Under the pieces are notes generated by a model that was not told the DNA's origin, ran no database searches, and saw nothing but the letters and a program-made list of their open reading frames with translations. A stretch of DNA of 64,000 bases, from NCBI GenBank assembly GCA_002269645.1, contig NIVC01001272.1, positions 124,001 through 188,000 of the forward strand. The letters run 5' to 3'. This document shows positions 55,695 through 64,000 of the stretch, piece after piece; positions within the stretch are counted from its first letter, which is position 1, and every line of letters begins with the position of its first letter. The position numbers and the translations under genes are program-made. Source of the DNA: Macrostomum lignano (taxonomy: Eukaryota).

Positions 55695-58600
55695 ATGGCT
55701 ACAAATGATTATAGCCATTTATTCAAGCTACTTATAATTGGAGATAGTGGTAAGTGTAATTTTCATTTTTAGAGTTTGTTTGACATATTCATTTCCCAAT
55801 TGACATTCAGATTCACATTCAAATTTAACAAAGCCACTGTAAATTTTCTTTACTTGAACGAAACACTTAAAAATTTTACAAATACTTTGATGCAATCAAG
55901 AAAAGAAAACAACATAAAATATCTCAGCATTTAAAAATAGAATATACAAATTATTCACATATAAATTTTATTCCTATTTCCTTAGTGTATTATAATGCAA
56001 CTCAACACAATGCCTTGGTCAATGGCTTAAAATACACGCAGAGCTACAAAACTTTATTTTTCTCTTGACGCACGCGAGATGCGTTGGCAAGTCAAAAATC
56101 AATGTGTTTAACTTATCCCGCACGATTTCCCGCATCGTTTCCTGCATACTTTCCCGCATGATCTCCCGCATTGTTTCCTGTATACTTTCCCGCACAATTT
56201 CCCGCATACTTTCCCGCACAATTTCCCACATTGTTTCCCGCATACTTTCCCGCACAATCTCCCGCATCGTTTCCCGCATACTTTCCTATATGATTCATAC
56301 ATGTATATGTCCTTCTCTTATATTATATGTACGTGTACAATATACCAATTATATACCAAGGACTACTTAACAACTTAAAACAAGATTTTAAGAATGCAAA
56401 GAAGTTGGCTATTTGCTCTAGCTTGTCTACTTGATGCTCTAAGCTACAGACTTATAGGCTATCATGTTGCGCTGCTATGTGAATTACTAAGCAAAAGGCC
56501 ACTAAAACCATAGACACGTATTCAAAGCGCCCTTTTAGAATCGGGCCTGAATGTATCAGGCCTACCGTTGCTGTAGTTTCTTCTCAGAGTTGAGTGGTTG
56601 GCCAGGCTAGTGCAGACTGGATTATGGAAGCAGATCAACAGGTGGTCGATGGCACACGTAAGGATAGTGCTGGTAAGAATGGTACATGTTTGGTGCAAAC
56701 AGCTAGGAAAGGTAGGAAATTATTTTTTTCTGAATGTAACAAGATCTTGCTTCACATTCCTTACTTTCTACTTGTTCAGTAGACGGTCTCTTATACCCTT
56801 ATTGCTTAGTTTGATAGACAATAGGAGATAGGCACACCGATATCTCACACAGACTACATGTAGATGAATGATTCTTTAAAAGCAATCTTTTAGTCAAAAG
56901 CAAATTTTAATACAACATTCTAGCTACATGTAGTCGTGCAAGCAAACAAGCCAAATATAGCTAGGTACTACATGTACGCAGGAAAGTGCGGGAAACCATG
57001 TGGAAAATCGTGCGGGAAAGTATGTGGGAAATTGTGCGGGAAAGTATTTGGGAAATTGTGCGGGAAATCGTGCAGGAAAGTATGCAGGAAATCGTGCGGG
57101 AAAGTATGCGGGAAACGATGCGGGACATGTAGGAAATCGTGCAGAACATGCGGGAAATTATGCGATAAAACATGCAGGAAATTGTGCGGGATAAGTTAAA
57201 CACATCAAAAATCAGCACTCTAGCTTAAAGCCTATATGAGTTATTCACCTGCAAAGTGTGTTCCTATCTCCATAGTGTATTTTGGGTGTCTAGCTTGACA
57301 TCTGCTGACAGACACTACTACTCAACGCAGAGCTACGAAACTTTATTTTTCTCTTGACGCATGTGAGATGCCAATACACTACGGAGATAGGAACACAGTT
57401 TGCAGGTGAATAACTCATGCAGGCTTTAAGCTAAGGTGCTGATTTTTTACTTGCCAACGCATCTCGTGTGCATCAAGAGAAAAATAAAGTTTCGTAGCTC
57501 TGCGTTGAGTAGAAGTGTCTGTTAGCGAATGTTAAGCTGGACCCCCAAAATACACTACGGAGATAGGAACACAGTTTGCAGGTGAATAACTAGTACAGGC
57601 TTTAAGCTAGGATGCTGATTTTTGACTTGCCAATGCATATCGCGTGCATCAAGAGAAAAATGAAGTTTCGTAGCTCTACGTGTATTTTAAGCCATTGTGT
57701 TGAGTTGCATAATAATACACTAAGGAGATAGGAACAAACTTTATATGTGAATAATTTGTACAGTCTATTTTTAAATGCCAAGATATTTTACGTTGTTTTT
57801 TTTGATTGCGTCAAATTTTGTTGTCAATAGAAATGGCCGGGTGAATCCTTAGGTTGTGCCTAAGCATGCATGTCAGCATAAACACATGTTTATAAATGTA
57901 AAGTCATACAAAACTTGGTCTTCTGTATTTAGTAAATGAATAACATTTATTCATTTATTCAGCAACACAGTTAAGTAAAGGTGATAATTATATTATATAA
58001 AAAAATTGCTATGCTCTTATTGGCACTCATATCAAAATTATTGGTTGCTAACCGCTAAATCCATGAATCACAGAACTAGCATTAAGTTATGCTAGGTAAT
58101 CTGAATGGATGTGGTCAATCAAAATTGCTTACTTATTTCTTTTTACACAATCAAAATTCTATGATCGTATCCTATTGGTTAAAATGGCAACATATTACAT
58201 GTATATTGCGCATGCATCCTATATCTATATTTGTATAAAAGCAATTAAATGCAAGACCCATGTAGCTACTGGTCTGCGCACTATATATTTACTATTTTAT
58301 ACTCAAGAATATTGACCTGATATCTTCTCTATATCTAAAAAACAGATAGCTAGCTGTCTTGTCACCGAATTGACCTGGGACCCACCTGGGTCACCCCTTG
58401 GTCAGCTACCCCATAATTTTGTTGTCTAGTATACAACCACCCCACTCCCACTATGTACATTTTAATGTTGGTTTTAACATATTTTAGGCTAAGAACAATC
58501 AAACATTATTTTATAAGACATTTTTTAATTTAGTCTATTAACTAGCAATCTTCGCCCTTCAATGGGGGACATCTGGATAGAATCCTTGTTCTTTACAAAT

Positions 58601-60690
58601 AACAAATAGACAGCAAAATAAAGCCTTCATAAAAAACAACAGACATTCCCTCTAAAAACAAAAACTCCCAAGACAGCAAGCATCCCCCAGACAGCATTCA
58701 AGCATCGATCCCCAGATAGCAAGCATCCCCCAGATAGCAAGCATCCCCCAGATAGCAAGCATCCCCTAGACAGCAAGCATCCCCCAGACCGCAAGCAACC
58801 CCAGATAGCAAGCATAACCTGGATACAAAGAGACCTTATAGATATCTAGCTTGATTGATTATTTTTTTGTATCAGATAAAGAGAAAAAATAGCTATTTAC
58901 ATTATGGCAGTTAGTATCTAGAAAAGGTACACACATTTTATAAGAGACATGGTTAGTGGAATTTCCCAGCTATTTAAATTCTAACAATACTATTTATATT
59001 TGCTTATTCAGCCTTTATTTTGGCACTTCTTTCACTTATCTCCATCTCAGGTGTTGGCAAGAGCTCCCTACTAGTTCGCTACACAGATGACACTTTTTCT
59101 GGCAGTTACATCACCACTATTGGCGTTGACTTCAAGATTAAAACTATTGAAGTAAATGGCGTCAGAGTGAAGCTGCAGATTTGGGACACTGCTGGTAAGG
59201 TATACATTTTGAAAACTGTACATCTAATTTATAAATTGATTTCAAAATCTGTCATAGAGGGTTTGAAAATCGGTCATGAACTGATTGTAAAATCGGTCAT
59301 AAACTTATTTAAAAATTGGTCATAGACTAATTTAAAAATCAGTCATCAACTGATTTAAAAATTGGTCATAGAGTGTTTAAAAATCGGTCATAGACTAATT
59401 TAAAAATCAGTCATCAACTGGTTTAAAAATTGGTCATAGAGTGTTTAAAAATCAGTCATAGACTAATTTCAAAATCGGTCATCAACTGATTTAAAAATCG
59501 GTCATAGAGTGTTTAAAATCGGTCACAGAGTGATTTGAAAATCGGTCCTAAACTGATTTCAAAATCGGTCTTAAAATGATTGGAAAATCGGTCATAGACT
59601 AATTTCAACATCGGTCATAAACTGATTTCAACATCGGTCATAAACTGATTTCAATATCGGTCATAGAGTGTTTGAAAATCGGCCATGAACTGATTTGAAA
59701 ATCGGTCATAAACTGATTGTAAAATCGGTCATAAACTTATTTAAATATCGGTCATAGACTAATTTAGAAATCGGTCATCAACTTATTTAAAAATCGGTCA
59801 CAGTGATTTGAAAATCGGCCATAGACTAATTTCAAAATCGGTCATCAACTGATTTAAAAATCGGTCACAGTGATTTCAAAATCGGTCATAGACTAATTTC
59901 AAAATCGTATCATCAACTGATTTGAAAATCGGTCATAAACTGCATTACTAAGCCTGACGCTTCTTGTATGTAAACATTATCGCAGGTCAGGAAAGATTCC
60001 GCACAATCACAGCAACGTATTACCGCGGCGCTCACGGAATTATTGTTGTGTACGACGTGAACTCTGCTGGCACTTTTTTAAACGTAAAACGCTGGTTTGA
60101 AGAGATTCAACAGCACTGTCCAACTGCTGTTGCTAAGGTTATTGGTGAGTAGTACTTAGGCTTTTTATTTTCTAAATTTGAGTTTTAATCTGAAATCGAT
60201 TCTAAAATAAAATTATATACGCTACATATCGGCAGTTGTCGGATATCAGATATTTAATAAAGTTACCTACGCTACATATCGGTAGTTTTGCACACTACAA
60301 ACCGTCAACCATTTAAAACTGTACCCCCAGTTGGCAACAAAAACGACTGCCCAGAGACTAAAGTGATCTCAACGCCAGACTTGAAAACCGTGGCCGACGA
60401 ATTCAATGTGCCATTTGTGGAAACCTCCGCCAAAGACAACGTCAATGTTGATTTGGTAAGAGTTATTTATACAAAATTTATTAATAATTGCCAACTTGTA
60501 CATGTATTGCTGCATTAATTTTCAGCTATTCAATTTAATTACTGAGGAGATTCTGAAAACCAAGCGATCGGGCGGTCAGAGCGGAGGCAACGGCGCCGAC
60601 AAAGGCGGAGGAGGCAGCAGCGGCGGCGCCATCAAAGTGACCAAAGTCAAGAGCGGCACCGGCAGCGGTGGAAAAAAGAAATGCTGCTAA
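55695..60690 (+). CDS. RAB35: Rab35-like small GTPase (215 aa)
   Basis: Exons 55695-55749, 59051-59194, 59986-60144, 60331-60455 and 60526-60690. All introns are GT-AG and the CDS totals 648 nt. Motifs: [74 protein letters not shown] and a KKKCC prenylation tail. Confidence 0.9.
55880..57820. mobile_element. Foldback-type element in Rab intron 1: long inverted arms with 12-bp internal tandem repeats
   Basis: 55887-56105 is the inverse of 57606-57814. The (tttcccgca...) array at 56113-56285 is the inverse of the (...tgcgggaaa) array at 56975-57193. Extra duplicated modules lie at 57205-57600. Confidence 0.75.
58668..58815. repeat. ~18-19-bp minisatellite (cagatagcaagcatcccc), about 7 copies, intronic
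   Basis: Direct reading. Confidence 0.9.
59230..59941. repeat. ~21-22-bp minisatellite (aaaatcggtcat...actgattt), about 30 copies, filling Rab intron 2
   Basis: Direct reading. Confidence 0.93.
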
Positions 60691-60875
60691 ATTATTGTTT
60701 TTATTGCCGTTTGAATTGTGTTGGGGGTATTTGTGCAATTTTTCTTGTGTATTATAAAACAAACTCTAATTAAGGAAGGATGTGTGTCTTTGTCCCAAAC
60801 CGCTTGTTTTTTATACGAAAGTAGTTACCTTTAAATTAACTTTAGAATTAATTTTGCTCCGTGCTACAGAGCCGC

Positions 60876-62090
60876 TACCGAAAGGGGCGGAAGCTACAGA
60901 AGGGGCGGAAGCTACAGAAGGGGTGGAAGCTACAGAAGGGGCGGAAGCTACAGAAGGGGCGGAAGCTACAGAAGCGGAAGCTACAGAAGGGGTGGAAGCT
61001 ACAGAAGGGGTGGAAGCTACCGAAGGGGTGGAAGCTACAGAAGGGGTGGAAGCTACAGAGAGGGGTGGAAGCTACAGAAGGGGTGGAAGCTACAGAGAGG
61101 GGGCGGAAGCTACAGAAGGGGCGGAAGCTACAGAAGGGGTGGAAGCTACAGAAGGGGTGGAAGCTACAGAAGGGGTGGAAGCTACAGAGAGGGGGTGGAA
61201 GCTGCAGAAGGGGTGGAAGCTACAGAAGGGGTGGAAGCTACAGAGAAGGGGCGGAAGCTACAGAAGGGGTGGAAGCTACAGAAGCGGAAGCTACAGAAGG
61301 GGTGGAAGCTACAGAAGGGGTGGAAGCTACAGAGAGGGGGTGGAAGCTACAGAAGGGGCGGAAGCTACAGAAGGGGCGGAAGCTACAGAAGGGGTGGAAG
61401 CTATAGAAGGGGTGGAAGCTAAAAAAGGGGGGAAGCTACAGAGGGGGTGGAAGCTACAGAAGGGGCGGAAGCTACAGAAGGGGTGGAAGCTACAGAAGGG
61501 GTAGAAGCTACAGAAGGGGCGGAAGCTACAGAAGGGGCGGAAGCTACAGAAGCGGAAGCTACAGAAGGGGTGGAAGCTACAGAAGGGGTGGAAGCTACAG
61601 AGAGGGGGTGGAAGCTACAGAAGGGGTGGAAGCTACAGAAGGGGTAGAAGCTACAGAAGGGGTGGAAGCTATAGAAGGGGTGGAAGCTAAAAAAAGGGGG
61701 GAAGCTACAGAGGGGGTGGAAGCTACAGAAGGGGCGGAAGCTACAGAAGGGGTGGAAGCTACAGAAGGGGCGGAAGCTACAGAAGGGGCGGAAGCTACAG
61801 AAGGGGCGGAAGCTACAGAAGCGGAAGCTACAGAAGGGGTGGAAGCTACAGAAGGGGTGGAAGCTACAGAAGGGGCGGAAGCTACAGAATAGCCGGAAGC
61901 TACAGAAGGGGTGGAAGCTACAGAATAGGCGGAACCTACAGAATAGGCGGAAGCTACAGAAGGGGCGGAAGCTACAGAATAGCCGGAAGCTACAGAAGGG
62001 GTGGAAGCTACAGAATAGGCGGAAGCTACAGAAGGGGCGGAAGCTACAGAGAAGGGGCGGAAGCTACAGAAGGGGCGGAAGCTACAGAAG
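60876..62090. repeat. 18-bp G-rich minisatellite (GGAAGCTACAGAAGGGG[T/C]), about 65 copies
   Basis: Direct reading, with 12-, 19- and 20-bp variant units. Confidence 0.97.
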
Positions 62091-62734
62091 AGATTTTACC
62101 CGCATGTTATGTTCTAGTATATTGTGGCCGCGGCAAAGCCTCCAGTGAGTGCATGATTTGATGAATTGAATTCACTCTTTTAATGCTACATGTACTTGTT
62201 GTTACTGCTAGAAGTAAGTAGGGCGAATCAGATTGCGCTCTTGTTATTAATAATTATTATTGTTTATTCTAGTAGTGTATTAAGCGCTTGCTAAGTACAA
62301 CATATGAGTTGAAATCTGGCAAACAAAATGACCCAGATTTATAATTAGCTCCAATGTGCCTATAAAAGCTAAACATAATCAATTGTTTTTAAATTGGTGC
62401 TTTACCTTCCTGTGACACTATATGTATTTTTTTATTTTTAATGTGCCCTATTTTGTTGATCTGCTTTGCCGCTATTGTTTTAATATTTTTTAATTTCCAA
62501 GTTTTTTGCCCCTGTTTCTCGTTTAGTTGCTAATTTTTTATTCTTTTTTACAACTGCGATTGTTGCGTACTCAGAAATTAGTTTTTTAAAATATAAAGAA
62601 ATATATTTATGCTCACAATTATTTACAAATATTTATATTATATAAAATAGAATTTTGATTCCAATATGAACTGCTCGCTTGCATGCCAAAGATTGTGCCT
62701 TCACTCCTGTTTTCTTATTTCTTAGCTGTCACTC

Positions 62735-63245
62735 CCCCTCTCCCCCTGTCACTCCCTTATCTGCACTGTCACTCCCTTATCTGCACTGTCACTCCACTTA
62801 TCTGCCCTGTCACTCCCTTATCTGCACTGTCACTCCACTTATCTGCCCTGTCACTCCCTTATCTGCACTGTCACTCCACTTATCTGCCCTGTCACTCCCT
62901 TATCTGCACTGTCACTCCACTTATCTGCCCTGTCACTCCCTTATCTGCACTGTCACTCCACTTATCTGCCCTGTCACTCCCTTATCTGCACTGTCACTCC
63001 ACTTATCTGCCCTGTCACTCCCTTATCTGCACTGTCACTCCACTTATCTGCCCTGTCACTCCCTTATCTGCACTGTCACTCCACTTATCTGCCCTGTCAC
63101 TCCCTTATCTGCACTGTCACTCCACTTATCTGCCCTGTCACTCCCTTATCTGCACTGTCACTCCACTTATCTGCCCTGTCACTCCCTTATCTGCAATGTC
63201 ACTCCACTTATCTGCCCGTCACTCCCCTTATCAGCACTGTCACTC
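62735..63245. repeat. 41-bp minisatellite (20+21-bp dimer), about 12 copies
   Basis: cactcccttatctgcactgt alternates with cactccacttatctgccctgt. Confidence 0.95.
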
Positions 63246-63391
63246 CGCTCCCCTTTCACTGCCCTCTTCATCTACAATGTCGGACCTTTTTTCACCCAGC
63301 ATTTTCGCTCCTGCCCCCATAAATATTCATTTTTAAAACTTGTCAATTTGTTCAAATTTCTGCTGACAAGGCCGCATTAGCGTAGCCAATC

Positions 63392-64000
63392 ATGGAGAAT
63401 TTTGTCCTATACGAGGACATCACAAATTCGCCCAACATAGCCGGTTGCACCACAACTCACAAAGGTCGCCGCAAAGGCACCATTGCTTTCCTGGCTATCA
63501 GCAGTGTGAAGAAGCGAGCCAGAGCTCCCGTCACCAATCACGTGAGATTTGTGAGCGAGTTGCGGCACCCTCTTGTCGTGCAGTTTATGGAATGGTATGA
63601 AACCACTAATCACCTGTGGCTGGTGTTTGAGCTGTGCTCAGGCGGCGATTTAGATACCCTGTTGCAACTTGATGGAGCACTGCCGGAGACTGCGATCAGG
63701 CAGTTCGGCATGGATTTAGTTCGAGCATTGCACTATCTGCATAGCAGCGATATTGTGTACGCGGACCTGTGCCCCAGTAAAGTGCTAATCGATAATGAAG
63801 GCCAGATGAAGCTGGCCGATTTCTCTTTGGCATTTAAAAATGGCGAACTGCTGTCGGATCTGTATTGTCATTTTGTCGATATGGGCGGCGGAGATGAGGA
63901 GTCGGATTTATCCGCCGGGGCGGATGGCGATGCGGATGGGGGCGGAGGTGGCGGTCAGATCCGGGAGCCTCAGATGCCGCAGCTGGACTGGCTGGCTCCT
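63392..64000 (+). CDS. ULK4: ULK4 serine/threonine pseudokinase, 5' part (open at the window end)
   Basis: 203 uninterrupted codons: MENFVLYEDI...KGRRKGTIAFLAI...FMEWYETTNHLWLVFELCSGGDL...FGMDLVRALHYLHS...YADLCPSKVL...KLADFSLA. This matches the ULK4 N-terminus. It is absent from the ORF track because there is no stop within the window. Confidence 0.92.
   Translation, partial: MENFVLYEDITNSPNIAGCTTTHKGRRKGTIAFLAISSVKKRARAPVTNHVRFVSELRHPLVVQFMEWYETTNHLWLVFELCSGGDLDTLLQLDGALPETAIRQFGMDLVRALHYLHSSDIVYADLCPSKVLIDNEGQMKLADFSLAFKNGELLSDLYCHFVDMGGGDEESDLSAGADGDADGGGGGGQIREPQMPQLDWLAP

Noticed and set aside
56019-57218. Cys/Gly-rich or (AGNC/AGKY)n ORFs resembling metallothionein or antifreeze proteins
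   Set aside because: They are translations of the 12-bp tandem arrays, present in both orientations in the foldback arms.
60782-61892. (EATEGV)n and (QKGWKL)n ORFs as a repeat-protein gene
   Set aside because: Frequent 19- and 20-bp units shift the frame, and there is no unique coding flank or splice support.
62679-63380. Cys/His-rich 233-aa and 217-aa ORFs
   Set aside because: They are translations of a 41-bp repeat (not a multiple of 3) that cycle through the same three peptides.

Overview
This is a repeat-rich eukaryotic window, most likely from an invertebrate animal: it has GT-AG introns, TTAGGG-type repeats, and ULK4 and Rab35 genes. The species cannot be determined from the sequence. 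No rRNA, tRNA or CRISPR array was found. Host genes, all on the + strand: (1) a two-exon, 151-aa protein with a permuted papain-like His...Asn-Cys layout (5795-6681); (2) three tandem paralogues of a ~1,540-1,570-aa TRP channel (10449-15242, 22019-26726, 44393-49178); (3) a five-exon Rab35-like GTPase (55695-60690); (4) the 5' end of ULK4 (63392 to the window end). The TRP paralogues carry about 14-16 ankyrin repeats joined to what looks like a TRPM-type MHR3/4, S1-S6, TRP helix and coiled coil. Only the third copy is intact as assembled. The rest is mobile and tandem DNA. It includes a decayed LTR-type element in which gag runs in frame into an env-like glycoprotein with no pol, a Ty3/gypsy pol fragment with its 3' LTR, and a doubly deleted Ty1/copia element with both LTRs, TSD and a half-tRNA-type PBS. 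There are also hAT MITEs, a Tc1/IS630-like element, P-element and RTE-like remnants, two SINE-like copies, two foldback elements, four head-to-tail DINE-1/HINE-like units and many micro- and minisatellites. The strongest leads are the ankyrin-TRPM chimeric channel family (including a mosaic pore region), the gag-env element without pol, and the small papain-fold protein. All family assignments come from motif recognition by eye; no database search was run.
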